DNA from: a virus
Taxonomy: Duplodnaviria > Caudoviricetes
IMG/VR virus record: IMGVR_UViG_3300000530_000004
Location: 1 to 61,971 of that record
Strand: one strand, 5' to 3'
Length of the DNA: 61,971 nucleotides
Made by a program: the position numbers and the translations under genes
Shown: one piece after another, positions 29,136 through 38,601 of the stretch
Position numbering within the stretch: the stretch's first letter is position 1
Layout: each line of letters begins with the position of its first letter
The notes under the pieces: generated by a model
Told to the model about the DNA's origin: nothing
The model's database searches: none
What the model saw: the letters and a program-made list of their open reading frames with translations, nothing else

Positions 29136-31785
29136 AGCTTTTCCCATAACCTGATTCACAATTAACAGGTAGACCTGTCGCCCAGTCTGGTACCCAACGC
29201 ATACACTCCTCAACATATTTCTGTGCGTCAGCTACTTCGTCCTCACGAGCTAGACATGCAATAGCGTCGTGTACAGTTAATACCACGTCATACTTCTTAG
29301 CTATCTTAATCATCTGCTCACCGATAACGCATCGGGCAATCGCTTGGCAAACATTCTCAATAACTTTACCGCCGTAGATTTTATTCCAACCTGTGCGGGT
29401 CTTATATCTAAACTCAACGTAACCTGATTCGGCCTCATAACTATGCAGTGTGTCGTAACGTAGTAATAACCCACTTGGTAATTGTATGGCTCGTTCTTTA
29501 GGCACCAACTTCAATACACCCTCTCTACCTAATTCAGTAAAGTTCTCCTGTGCAAGTGCAAAGATCGCTGTATGTGCTTGTTTCCATAGTGCTGTTATCT
29601 GAGGATATGTTGCTCTGTATACGTTAATGATATGCCGCGATTCGTCCTCTGATATTTCTACACCAAACGTCTTAAGCTGTGCTCTGAACTTAACAGCCCC
29701 CATTCCGTATCCGCAGTTATGAACTATAATTGGCCCTACACTTGTCGCAACTGTGTATCTGTTCCTCGGCCCTGCGTAGGCGATGTCGTAAGTCATCAAT
29801 TTCTTTTTGCATATCGGATACTCGTCGTTTGTTTCTAGCATTTTCTGAGCGAGTCGCAAATCGTAAATTATTGGGTTCATACCCTTTGTTGTTGTCGATT
29901 CTATCAAGGTCTCGTTCTGGGTCATCCCATCCAGTGAGTGAAATAAGGTAGCGTAAGAAGTCTGCACGATTGGTACGCCAAGGCTCGTATACGGTAATAC
30001 CTCTACCCCCATATTGAGAATAGGTTTTACAAGTTTTTGTATGACAGCGTGATATGCAACTTGATATGCGGTTAAGCAACCGTTCACGATGTTCCCAATT
30101 TGGTACGATATCTGCATACCCCAAATACTTCTTACGAGTTTTGTTACTAGCGACCTTAGCACACGTATTGCATCTAGTAGTTTTTTTGGAGTTAAAGTTA
30201 TGCCTATCAACTCGTCCTTCCCACCCACACGTGCATCGTACGGTAGGATGGTACCCTCTGTTATACCTAACCCATCCTGTAATGGTAAGTTCACCTTGTT
30301 TAAAGCCGATTGGAAAAGGGAACGGTTTGTAATTACCTCTTTCCATTCCCGCCATCCATGTTCCGTCAGGATTTCGTGATCCGCTGTGGCGTCTAACCCC
30401 CAAGCTGTTATCACTTCTTTTTCGCCTTGTGGTATTACTCCTTGATGTGTTACCCATTCTTTACCGTCCCATAACATATCCGTAGCTTGTACTTCTACGA
30501 TACGCTTCCAACCTGAGTCAGTCAATACTTTTGTATCTTCTCCGAAACACCCAAGAATTGTTGTCTTACCAACGAACCGCTCGTCCTTAGTAATCTCTTC
30601 AACTGGTTTGTTATAAATAGCTGACGCCATAATCTTATAAACGTCTTCACCATTTTTAAATGCAGTAACTAAATCATCTTGTCCCGCTAACCATGCAAGC
30701 ACACGTGCTTCGATCTGGCTTGAGTCTGAGTCAATAATCACATAACCCTCTGGTGCGATAATCGCTTTCTTAAGTTTCCCACCATTAGCGCCACGTGATG
30801 GCAAGTTTTGCAAATTCAAATTGTCTGAACCACCCCACCGTCCAGTGTGCGCAGCGTAATATTTCAAGGGAACTGGCATCAATCCACGATTAGCAATCCC
30901 AATAAATCGTTCTGTTCTGGTTTCTTCCAAGGTCGACTTGGTTCCAAGTCTGGCACTGACTAACGCTTGTATACGCTCGTCTTCATGGTTCGCCAACGCT
31001 TTAAACTCTTCATCATTCTTAGCTAACGCAAAGGTATCTTTTCCTGTGGCAGGACTGGTCTTCATTGGAGGTTCAACGCCATAACTTCTTAACAGTTCAG
31101 CAAACTTGGGATTGCTTGCTAAGTCTTCTTTTGATACGCCCGCATCAACCAGCAGTTTTTCTTTACGTTGTCTAACCTCCATAAGATGTTGCTCTAAGAG
31201 AGTCAGATCAAGGTCTAGTTTCGGCTCAACAAACATACGCAAAGTTAAATCGATTAACTTCATTTCTTTTTTAGGAAAGCCACGTTTAACCATCAGGTTA
31301 AACAACTTATAGGTTAACTCCACATCATTAACGCAGTAGTCACCATAACGACTTAATGCTTCTTCGTTAAAATCAAGTCTGTGTTTACCAAGTGCGTTTA
31401 ATACCTCAGTACCTTTTTTACCAATGCCGTAACGCTCAGTTAACGCAGCGAGACTACCACCAACTTCAACACCATGTAACGCACGTGCCATACATAACGT
31501 ATCTGCATATGCTTTCGGTTTAATGCCAAGTATTTGAGTCAGGATAAACCCATCAAACATTGTGTTGTGGGCAACGAGCATTGAGTCACTCCAAGGATAT
31601 GTCTCAAGAAACTCCTTAAGTTCTTCGTGTGTACCACTAGCCCATGCGGTTTCTTCATCATTTAATTTAACTGCTAAACCAATGATCTCAAACTGATCGC
31701 CACGTATATACTCTTCGGTTGTCATTTTTGACAACGAGTATTGCTTATCGTAATAAGTCTCTATGTCTAATGTAATAAAATTCAT
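29122..31785 (-). CDS. polA: Family A DNA polymerase containing an intein
   Basis: 3'-5' exonuclease LDIET; HTGRW, NLQNLP; motif A DSSQIEAR; motif B RFVGKTTILG|CGYGMG split by the intein; motif C TVHD. Confidence 0.95.
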   Translation of the reverse strand: MNFITLDIETYYDKQYSLSKMTTEEYIRGDQFEIIGLAVKLNDEETAWASGTHEELKEFLETYPWSDSMLVAHNTMFDGFILTQILGIKPKAYADTLCMARALHGVEVGGSLAALTERYGIGKKGTEVLNALGKHRLDFNEEALSRYGDYCVNDVELTYKLFNLMVKRGFPKKEMKLIDLTLRMFVEPKLDLDLTLLEQHLMEVRQRKEKLLVDAGVSKEDLASNPKFAELLRSYGVEPPMKTSPATGKDTFALAKNDEEFKALANHEDERIQALVSARLGTKSTLEETRTERFIGIANRGLMPVPLKYYAAHTGRWGGSDNLNLQNLPSRGANGGKLKKAIIAPEGYVIIDSDSSQIEARVLAWLAGQDDLVTAFKNGEDVYKIMASAIYNKPVEEITKDERFVGKTTILGCFGEDTKVLTDSGWKRIVEVQATDMLWDGKEWVTHQGVIPQGEKEVITAWGLDATADHEILTEHGWREWKEVITNRSLFQSALNKVNLPLQDGLGITEGTILPYDARVGGKDELIGITLTPKKLLDAIRVLRSLVTKLVRSIWGMQISYQIGNIVNGCLTAYQVAYHAVIQKLVKPILNMGVEVLPYTSLGVPIVQTSYATLFHSLDGMTQNETLIESTTTKGMNPIIYDLRLAQKMLETNDEYPICKKKLMTYDIAYAGPRNRYTVATSVGPIIVHNCGYGMGAVKFRAQLKTFGVEISEDESRHIINVYRATYPQITALWKQAHTAIFALAQENFTELGREGVLKLVPKERAIQLPSGLLLRYDTLHSYEAESGYVEFRYKTRTGWNKIYGGKVIENVCQAIARCVIGEQMIKIAKKYDVVLTVHDAIACLAREDEVADAQKYVEECMRWVPDWATGLPVNCESGYGKSYGDC
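29716..30549 (-). mobile_element. Intein (278 aa) in polymerase motif B
   Basis: Begins CFGEDTKVLTDSGW; block B ATADHEILT; ends TYDI...IIVHN followed by Cys+1; removal restores KTTILG-CGYG. Confidence 0.93.
29717..30457 (-). CDS. HNH-type (His-Me finger) endonuclease overprinted in the -1 frame inside the polymerase intein
   Basis: RCTCG..RCNTC, YGGRGITVYEPW and LDRIDNNKGYEPNNLRFATRSENARN motifs; true start may be 30355 or 30346. Confidence 0.85.
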   Translation of the reverse strand: MGNTSRSNTTRRKRSDNSLGVRRHSGSRNPDGTWMAGMERGNYKPFPFPIGFKQGELTITGWVRYNRGYHPTVRCTCGWEGRVDRHNFNSKKTTRCNTCAKVASNKTRKKYLGYADIVPNWEHRERLLNRISSCISRCHTKTCKTYSQYGGRGITVYEPWRTNRADFLRYLISLTGWDDPERDLDRIDNNKGYEPNNLRFATRSENARNKRRVSDMQKEIDDLRHRLRRAEEQIHSCDKCRANYSS

Positions 31786-31964
31786 TTTGTTATATCGTAT
31801 GGTTCTGTTGGAATAATTACTGTGCCTAACGGCTGTTCTTTTTTATGTGGGTACACGTCATGCAATCTACCCTTTATTAATAATGCTTCTCGCTCTAGTG
31901 GTTTTTTTAATTTATCTACTAAGTTTGGATATAACACTTTTGCGAGAATTTTATTAAACATCAT
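31782..31964 (-). CDS. Hypothetical protein
   Basis: Short ORF with ATGA overlap into the polymerase gene. Confidence 0.45.
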   Translation of the reverse strand: MMFNKILAKVLYPNLVDKLKKPLEREALLIKGRLHDVYPHKKEQPLGTVIIPTEPYDITK

Positions 31965-32188
31965 TTATTTAACACCTCATATAGTTTTTGTTTGTAGTGT
32001 TTGGCTTTCTCAAGGTCGGTTACTGCATCACCCTTGTGTCCCGCTCTCATGCTGTACTTAATAATATTGCCTTTTAAAAACCCGATAAATTCTTGCTCGG
32101 TTAATATGCACTCCATAACGTCCCATGGTTGCATTGGCATATCTTTATAATGTGAACCACCTACTTGTCTTTCATCTGCCTTACTCAT
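31961..32188 (-). CDS. DUF3310 (SaV-like) protein
   Basis: QVGGSHY...QPWD...FLKGNIIKY..RAGHK...DLEKAKHY. Confidence 0.85.
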   Translation of the reverse strand: MSKADERQVGGSHYKDMPMQPWDVMECILTEQEFIGFLKGNIIKYSMRAGHKGDAVTDLEKAKHYKQKLYEVLNK

Positions 32189-32229
32189 ATCTTTAAATAC
32201 CTCTAATAATAAATTTGCCATACTAAACC

Positions 32230-32415
32230 TCACATTAAAGCTACGTCGTCGAAGGGTATGCTGGTGGCTTGTGTCTTAACACGTTTGTATGTCCAGCCCT
32301 CCCTGATCCGACATAAGTACTCAGCTTCTGCTTTGCTGAATACAACACGCATTAAGTCGTTTAGTTCGTCAAATACATTAAACTTAACTACGTGGTTTCC
32401 GTTTTTTAATAGCAA
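32230..32415 (-). CDS. Hypothetical protein
   Basis: Short ORF in the leftward operon. Confidence 0.45.
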   Translation of the reverse strand: MLLKNGNHVVKFNVFDELNDLMRVVFSKAEAEYLCRIREGWTYKRVKTQATSIPFDDVALM

Positions 32416-32566
32416 CTATGCCACCCTCAGTCTCGTCCATAGCATCAATCATCTTGTCGGCAATAAACCAACAATCTTTAGCATCATCAGATTCTTCACC
32501 TCTGTGCCATGTCATTTTGAGCATAGCAAATGACGCAAACAAAACTCGTAATTCGGCTTTGTCCAT
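32384..32566 (-). CDS. Hypothetical protein
   Basis: LRVLFASFAM...CWFIADKMI pattern common in phage early proteins. Confidence 0.55.
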   Translation of the reverse strand: MDKAELRVLFASFAMLKMTWHRGEESDDAKDCWFIADKMIDAMDETEGGIVAIKKRKPRS

Positions 32567-32814
32567 TAATGCACCACGCCATCGTCTGGTTCATTTAGAC
32601 CCTCTCTTTCTTTTAGTATTTCGATACCCGCTAATAATATTATTCTTTCTGCTTCATCTGTATCTGAACCAAGGGGTATGATCTTATATTTTGTATTATC
32701 GCCTAGTGGTGTTGGCGTTGCGGTGATTAATACACCCTCAATGTTAGTATGCGGATCAAAACAATAAGCAATTGTCCTAATAATTTTTTGTGCTTTTTTA
32801 ATTTCGTCGCTCAT
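32566..32814 (-). CDS. Hypothetical protein
   Basis: Coupled ORF; shares GVLITA and a C-terminal DGxVH with the upstream gene. Confidence 0.55.
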   Translation of the reverse strand: MSDEIKKAQKIIRTIAYCFDPHTNIEGVLITATPTPLGDNTKYKIIPLGSDTDEAERIILLAGIEILKEREGLNEPDDGVVH

Positions 32815-33086
32815 CAGTGCACCGTCCCATCTATTTCTTGCTCGGCTTCCATGCGGGCTTGGTCTCTGATTAGCTTGAGGGAAATGTCCATTAATAACTT
32901 AACAGTATGTTCTTCATCTAATCCCATAGAGCGCACACCATACTGCACGTTATTGTCCACAATCTCAGCAGTAATTAATACGCCCATAATTTTAGTTTCT
33001 GGGTCAGTACATCTGTTGATAGTTTCAATTAAATCTTTTTTTGTGTCTTCTAGGTTTTTACCTCTTATCCACCCATTTGTGTCCAT
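32814..33086 (-). CDS. Hypothetical protein
   Basis: RBS GGAG; likely paralog of 32566..32814. Confidence 0.55.
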   Translation of the reverse strand: MDTNGWIRGKNLEDTKKDLIETINRCTDPETKIMGVLITAEIVDNNVQYGVRSMGLDEEHTVKLLMDISLKLIRDQARMEAEQEIDGTVH

Positions 33087-33101
33087 TCTCCAATCTCCTG
33101 T

Positions 33102-33392
33102 TTATTTAAATACTTTCTTTTTAATACCCTCAGCTTTACGTAAGTCTGAGGAGTGTAACTTCTTAATCTTTGTATCTTTAATTTGTCCTGCTTTCTTAGC
33201 AATCTTCGCTGCTTTTTTACGTCCTACAAACTTATCTTCGGTTGTTACAAACCCACGCTGTACTTTCTTATCAGGTATATGCTCTTTAGCTTCTAACTGA
33301 TCGTGCGCCCATGCCTTGCTTGGTGCTTCAACAATAACGCCGTCTTTCTTTTTCTTAAGTGCGGGTGCAACAATTTTCTTTGTAACCATCAC
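33102..33392 (-). CDS. Basic hypothetical protein
   Basis: Lys-rich; RGFVTTEDKFVGRKKAAKIAKKAGQ motif. Confidence 0.55.
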   Translation of the reverse strand: MMVTKKIVAPALKKKKDGVIVEAPSKAWAHDQLEAKEHIPDKKVQRGFVTTEDKFVGRKKAAKIAKKAGQIKDTKIKKLHSSDLRKAEGIKKKVFK

Positions 33393-33399
33393 AGTCTCC

Positions 33400-33888
33400 T
33401 TAACGAATAAGAGACTTTATTATACCTTTAACTTTCTGGGTAAACCCTTGTTTCGGCACATTTATATTCATGGTTACAGAATAGTCTTGATGATTAAAAT
33501 TTGTTACTGTATTGCTGGCATAACCCACCGCACTACCCTCTGCTTTAATATTAGTTAGACAAAAAGAATATGGTATTAGATTGCCTCTTAGATCTCTACG
33601 TTCACCTACCTCACTCTCATCTACATAACATACCTCAACTTGTTCTGGTGTGTAGTCTGAAAAAACTATGGTCTCATCATTAACAAACGTTTTCTCAGTC
33701 GCACCCGCTAACGGCACTTCATTAGGTAATAACGATCTAGGATCTGTCCACCCATACCCAAAGTGTTCACTTGTTTTAATACTATTCTGCAATGACTGCG
33801 CCACTTTCATACTAAATTGTTGCTGTGCGCTTTGCAGTTGGGCAATAGTATTATCTATTGCTTCTTGAGATATCTCAGCCTTATCCAT
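33400..33888 (-). CDS. Hypothetical protein
   Basis: 162-aa ORF with an RBS-like GAGGA upstream. Confidence 0.5.
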   Translation of the reverse strand: MDKAEISQEAIDNTIAQLQSAQQQFSMKVAQSLQNSIKTSEHFGYGWTDPRSLLPNEVPLAGATEKTFVNDETIVFSDYTPEQVEVCYVDESEVGERRDLRGNLIPYSFCLTNIKAEGSAVGYASNTVTNFNHQDYSVTMNINVPKQGFTQKVKGIIKSLIR

Positions 33889-34031
33889 TGGTTTCGTCCT
33901 CGTCTTTCACTTCTACTAGGTCTCTATCGTTAATCTCAATGCTTCCTTGCATATAGATTGTCTCTACCGACTTATCGTACTCATCACCAAATAGTTTATT
34001 AAGTGCGGGGGTTAAAGTATCAACTATATCT

Positions 34032-34499
34032 TTACGATTTATTGCCATTTAATTTACTTTCTAAGTACTCAACTAAACCCTCTGCTTTAATTGCTCTGTC
34101 GTAGTTTAGTCTGGCGATACGTTTAGCTTCATCAAGTCTTTCTTTATATTCACCGCTCATCTCATCAGCACGTAACTTAGCTAATTCTTCTTGCAGTGCG
34201 TCTATGCGTCTGATTGCATTGTTATACAAGACACGTAAGTCTGGTTGGCTTTCATTAACTTGTTGTGCTGTGATTGGCGCATCAAAGTCAAAGCTCGCCT
34301 GTATAGATTTTAATGACTTTCTCTTACGCTTTTGTCTATTGATCGTACCCTCAATGATGCCTTGACGTTTTAATTCGTAACGTAAGCCTGAGATATAATC
34401 TTTAGTTAGATTAGTTATTGAGGATAATTCTGCCGTTGTAACCTTTGGGTTTTCCAATAGCATTTTCAGAATCAGTTGATTCTCTGGTGTTTGTCTCAT
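34032..34499 (-). CDS. Winged-helix DNA-binding protein with coiled coil
   Basis: ILKMLLENPKVTTAELSSITNLTKDYISGLRYELKRQGII; RBS GGAG before MRQTPE. Confidence 0.6.
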   Translation of the reverse strand: MRQTPENQLILKMLLENPKVTTAELSSITNLTKDYISGLRYELKRQGIIEGTINRQKRKRKSLKSIQASFDFDAPITAQQVNESQPDLRVLYNNAIRRIDALQEELAKLRADEMSGEYKERLDEAKRIARLNYDRAIKAEGLVEYLESKLNGNKS

Positions 34500-34788
34500 T
34501 GCAATTCTCCATTTGTTGTTTAAGTCTTTGTACGTCGTCCTCACGCACTACGAGTGCTATACCACCCGCTTGTTGTATTTCTTTTAAGTTCTTATCTTGT
34601 AGTGCGGTGACTTGTCCACGTCCCGCTTTTGTTTCAATGCCAAAAAACTTTCCGTTGTAGCAAACTAAAAAATCTGGTGCGCCTTGTTTGCCGTAACCGT
34701 TGGTCACTGGCATCACGTAGTATGCTTTGAGTTCATCAAGAACCTTACGCACACCACGTTTAACTTTGCTTTCAGGTGTCAGCGCCAT
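34411..34788 (-). CDS. VRR-NUC nuclease (resolvase-like)
   Basis: TPESKVK...GAPDFL...GIETKAG...QDKNL...AGGIALVV. Confidence 0.85.
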   Translation of the reverse strand: MALTPESKVKRGVRKVLDELKAYYVMPVTNGYGKQGAPDFLVCYNGKFFGIETKAGRGQVTALQDKNLKEIQQAGGIALVVREDDVQRLKQQMENCNETNTRESTDSENAIGKPKGYNGRIILNN

Positions 34789-35191
34789 CAGTAAAAACCC
34801 AAAATATATTCTCGGATATGCGACGTCCAACGTTAGCTATTATTGGTGTTGGTTTTGATAAGTCACATATCATTAACACTGCGAGTTTATCTTGCACCCA
34901 TTTCGGCAAATCGTCAACACTTTTGTAAAGATTTTTTAAGTCTGGTAAAAAGTTATAAACTATATCTAATGATTGCACATCAACTCTACCTGTTGATTGT
35001 AATATCTCAATCCTATATCCCGTACCCTCCTCACCAAATCTAACTAACTCCCCTACGTTCGCACCAGCATTTATCTGGTGCTCTTGCGTCAGTAGCCAAT
35101 CTGAATATAGCTTTATAAAATGCTTATATTCATTTATTTTTAAACGTGCTGACGTAGACCTGATGCGTCGTCTTCTTCTAGCTATCTTCAT
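34772..35191 (-). CDS. Hypothetical protein
   Basis: C-terminal LPKWVQDKLAVL...VGRRISENIFWV domain resembles the end of the next gene. Confidence 0.6.
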   Translation of the reverse strand: MKIARRRRRIRSTSARLKINEYKHFIKLYSDWLLTQEHQINAGANVGELVRFGEEGTGYRIEILQSTGRVDVQSLDIVYNFLPDLKNLYKSVDDLPKWVQDKLAVLMICDLSKPTPIIANVGRRISENIFWVFTDGADT

Positions 35192-36216
35192 GCTACCTCC
35201 AGTTCAACCCAGTAGGTTGTATCGCTGATTTTCATACCGATCTCTGGCACGTGCTGTCCATCGTTTAAGATCCTAAGCACTGATACTTTGTTTGCTATAT
35301 CTTCTGGCATGCCGTCAATCTTGCACGTAACGCTACTTGCTATATTGGCATCAAAGTCAAACTTCTTACCCGCATCATCAACACTGACAATATCTACAAA
35401 CGTCTCACCAAGATATGCTTCTGGTCTGATACGTACAAACACTGCCCTGACCTTACGTTCCTTACGTCGCTTAGCTTCTTTATGTACTTCCTCGATCTTG
35501 TCTGCTATCTCACGAAACTCACTATTCTTGAAGTTCACATTCTGTTTAATTAGGTGTAGTAGTTCATCAATAAGCATACTTGTCCCATTCATTATGGGAT
35601 TAATCAATAACTGTAAATCACCTATCGCTTCATCTTTATGTTTAATAATCTGAGTCACCATAGGTTGGTAATATGCCTTTGCTAATTCTTTGGGTGTAAA
35701 TGGTATTAAGAATTTCAATGCGTTAGTTATTGCTTTACTCACGTCATAAGACATTAACATGTGATACTGATCCCGACTTGAATTATATTTTGAGTTCTTA
35801 ATACGTCTACTATATACAGCATACGACGGCTTGCCTTGGTTCTTACTTGTGCTGTAATCAAAGTAACCAATTCGTCCAAGATCAAACGGCATGTTATCTA
35901 CAAACACAGAGTATTCTGTTATTAGGTGTAGTGATATCTGCATCTCATCTGCTGTACTATCATAACTACTAAGCCCATTACCACTACACCAATTTGTTCT
36001 GTATGGTATAAACTTAACTTTGTGTCCGACCATTATCTTCTCAAGTTCATCACGCACATGCTCTGCAAATGCCATTAATTCTTTTGATGTTGGTGTATTG
36101 TCTATCCACCATGGGTATTTAAGATCTACTGCTTTCTCCGTCACTTGTTTTATCTCGTTGATAAACCCCCCGTCGTGTATTACTGCATCATAATTTCTTA
36201 GTGTAGCCATTGTCAT
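35188..36216 (-). CDS. Hypothetical early protein
   Basis: 342 aa; RBS AAGGAG; C-terminal MPEDIANKVSVL...IGMKISDTTYWV. Confidence 0.65.
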   Translation of the reverse strand: MTMATLRNYDAVIHDGGFINEIKQVTEKAVDLKYPWWIDNTPTSKELMAFAEHVRDELEKIMVGHKVKFIPYRTNWCSGNGLSSYDSTADEMQISLHLITEYSVFVDNMPFDLGRIGYFDYSTSKNQGKPSYAVYSRRIKNSKYNSSRDQYHMLMSYDVSKAITNALKFLIPFTPKELAKAYYQPMVTQIIKHKDEAIGDLQLLINPIMNGTSMLIDELLHLIKQNVNFKNSEFREIADKIEEVHKEAKRRKERKVRAVFVRIRPEAYLGETFVDIVSVDDAGKKFDFDANIASSVTCKIDGMPEDIANKVSVLRILNDGQHVPEIGMKISDTTYWVELEVA

Positions 36217-36232
36217 TCTCCTTTATGTCCGT

Positions 36233-36251
36233 AGTTAGTCGGCGACTAACT
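36233..36251. repeat. 19-bp palindrome AGTTAGTCGgCGACTAACT, copy 1
   Basis: Perfect 9-bp inverted arms; lies 1 nt beyond the stop codon of 36253..37434. Confidence 0.95.
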
Positions 36252-36252
36252 T

Positions 36253-37434
36253 TTAATTAATATGTATACACACGCCATTGCTTGGGTGTGCTGATTTATT
36301 ATCTTTAATGCACCACAATACTGGCACTGACCATTGTCCCCATGATCCACCTAAGTAACCATCAGTCAGTACTACTACACACTCTGGTTTAATATCGTGC
36401 TCGTTCATATACTGTGGCACACACTCTACCATAGTGCCACCACCACCCATAGGTTTTGTAGACTTAGCTATGTTAGCTAACTCGTCTTGCAAGTATACTT
36501 CTTCTCGACATACCTCAGTGTCCCAGTACAAGATCCTTACTTTACTCGGTTTCAATTGCTCGCATATACCAATAAATTCGCTTACGAATGACTTTAAAAA
36601 CTCGTCATCAATAGAACCTGACATGTCGTTGGCGATTACTATCTCACCGAGCGTTTCACTTATTGCACTTGGCATTAACATGTCATAGCCTATGTATCTG
36701 CGGTTAGGTTTACGCCATGTCGAGTAATCATGTCCCGCACAAGTAGTCGATACAAACTCACGCAGTAACTCACGCCAATCACGCTGTGTAGCAAGCACGT
36801 CTTCAAACGCACGAGAACCACCTGACCCAACCTTGCTTGCTAGTGTCGCACCTTGTCGTATAGCTTCATCAATCTCACGTGCCAGTTGATCTTGTTCCTC
36901 GGCGGTCATTTCCTGTGCACCTTCCCAGTCGTGCTCGTCAAAGCCCTCGCTGTTACCCGCGCCGCCTGTCTTCTCATCTGACCCATCACGCTCTAACATC
37001 TTATAGACCTGTTGTGCGTCCATGTTGTGATACTGTGGATCTAGTAGTCCATGCTTAGGCATTGTGATCCACCCACGTTTAAACGCATCTGTCTCAGTGA
37101 GTTTAAGATTAATCACATAGTCACATGCTTTGTTCGCACGTCGTGGGTCTTCCTTATACAAGTGTCGCCACGTAGTAAGATGTCTGTATAACTTGTGATA
37201 GTTCTCATGTAGTATCAAGAATCTAAACTCTGCGTCATTCAAACTTTCTACAAACGCACGACCATAGTATTCGTTCTTACCATTGGTACAGGCAGTCGGC
37301 ACGTTATCTTTAATCTCACGTGTACCAATAACTAATATACCCGCCAATGGTAGAAACTCATCAGTACCCATCAAGTCCGTCATGGCTTTATGTAGCCGTT
37401 GCTCTGCTGTTAGTTGCTTACCTATTGATAACAT
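36253..37434 (-). CDS. DUF2201 metallopeptidase plus VWA-like domain protein
   Basis: PTACTNG, LHENYHK (HExxH), NKACDYVIN, DMSGSI (MIDAS), GGGGT and VVLTDG. Confidence 0.88.
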   Translation of the reverse strand: MLSIGKQLTAEQRLHKAMTDLMGTDEFLPLAGILVIGTREIKDNVPTACTNGKNEYYGRAFVESLNDAEFRFLILHENYHKLYRHLTTWRHLYKEDPRRANKACDYVINLKLTETDAFKRGWITMPKHGLLDPQYHNMDAQQVYKMLERDGSDEKTGGAGNSEGFDEHDWEGAQEMTAEEQDQLAREIDEAIRQGATLASKVGSGGSRAFEDVLATQRDWRELLREFVSTTCAGHDYSTWRKPNRRYIGYDMLMPSAISETLGEIVIANDMSGSIDDEFLKSFVSEFIGICEQLKPSKVRILYWDTEVCREEVYLQDELANIAKSTKPMGGGGTMVECVPQYMNEHDIKPECVVVLTDGYLGGSWGQWSVPVLWCIKDNKSAHPSNGVCIHIN

Positions 37435-37442
37435 GATTCACC

Positions 37443-38564
37443 TCACTTAACATCTGCACTAAACATATAGTTGTTAGCTATACACCAATCAGTAAACTTC
37501 TTACTCTGCATTACAATACTTTGTTTCTGATACTTGGGATTACGCACTTGCATGGCAAACAACCCTTGCACTTCCTTGTCCATACGATTTAAGTAAGTCA
37601 TAAACGGCTCGACAAACTCACGACTCATCTTAACAAGTGCACGATCAACAACCATTACTTTCGCCGACGCACTTTCAGGCACACGTGCAGTCTCTGGGTG
37701 GTTCATAATGTCATCTTGCTTAGGTAGATCATCAACCAATTTAATATACGCACCAAGGTCGACACCCGCACGATCACCAAGCGTACCAATCAACGCAGAT
37801 TTTAACGCGTTGTCGCTTAATTTGTCTTTTGCCCACAGCCAGTGTGATGCCAGTTCTAATGATCTTGGTGTAACAAACGCTGATCGTTGTGCTTTCGGGT
37901 GATAGATATACGGATTACCACCGACGTCGCCATCAGGATTTTCTACTTCTTCATAGCTTTGAAATAATATCTCGCCATGATCTTTAACCCACAAGATAAT
38001 TACTGGGTGAATACCTGAGTTGTATGCGTAACCCTCGATCCAATCTATTGCTGTCGGTTTCTTCATACGTACGACTGTTATCCTATTGCGGTGATGTGGC
38101 ATTAACAAATCACCTACACCCTCGCCACCTAAGTTAGTGGTAGCAAACACGATACTGTCTGGGTGTAACTTCTTATTGCCAATGGTGCGTTCCAACATGA
38201 TCCTCATCATGCCATTCTTAACCGACGGATTCGCCTTACCAAACTCGTCAATCATTAATATGATCGGCTTGTCATGGTGCAAGCCCAGTTCTTCGTTAGG
38301 TATAAATCTTACGTACTCATCTGACTCATCATCTGATAAGATCTTAGGTAGCATTAAGTCGCCTAAGTCTTTAGTCGTACAATCAAAATAACATGGCACG
38401 TGTGTCGGTAACTTATCTTTCAGCACCTTGAGGATACTCGACTTACCTGTACCCATATGACCTTGCACAAGAGTTGTAATCTTGTTACCTGTCGCCATAA
38501 TACTTTCAACACATTCGTCCAAGTTCATTGCAAATAATTGTTCTACTGATTGTTTCATGTCCAT
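37443..38564 (-). CDS. MoxR-like AAA+ ATPase
   Basis: GHMGTGKS Walker A, LMIDEFGKA Walker B, ATTN, NR and TPRS. Confidence 0.88.
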   Translation of the reverse strand: MDMKQSVEQLFAMNLDECVESIMATGNKITTLVQGHMGTGKSSILKVLKDKLPTHVPCYFDCTTKDLGDLMLPKILSDDESDEYVRFIPNEELGLHHDKPIILMIDEFGKANPSVKNGMMRIMLERTIGNKKLHPDSIVFATTNLGGEGVGDLLMPHHRNRITVVRMKKPTAIDWIEGYAYNSGIHPVIILWVKDHGEILFQSYEEVENPDGDVGGNPYIYHPKAQRSAFVTPRSLELASHWLWAKDKLSDNALKSALIGTLGDRAGVDLGAYIKLVDDLPKQDDIMNHPETARVPESASAKVMVVDRALVKMSREFVEPFMTYLNRMDKEVQGLFAMQVRNPKYQKQSIVMQSKKFTDWCIANNYMFSADVK

Positions 38565-38580
38565 TCTCCTTTGTTTAAAT

Positions 38581-38599
38581 AGTTAGTCGGCGACTAACT
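38581..38599. repeat. 19-bp palindrome, copy 2
   Basis: AGTTAGTCGGCGACTAACT, 2 nt beyond the stop codon of 38602..39462. Confidence 0.95.
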
Positions 38600-38601
38600 T
38601 G

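Noticed and set aside
32749-33300. 183-aa plus-strand ORF, and similar antisense ORFs such as 11968-12486 and 23165-23596
   Set aside because: They lie antisense to well-supported genes and show shadow-like composition with no RBS or motifs.
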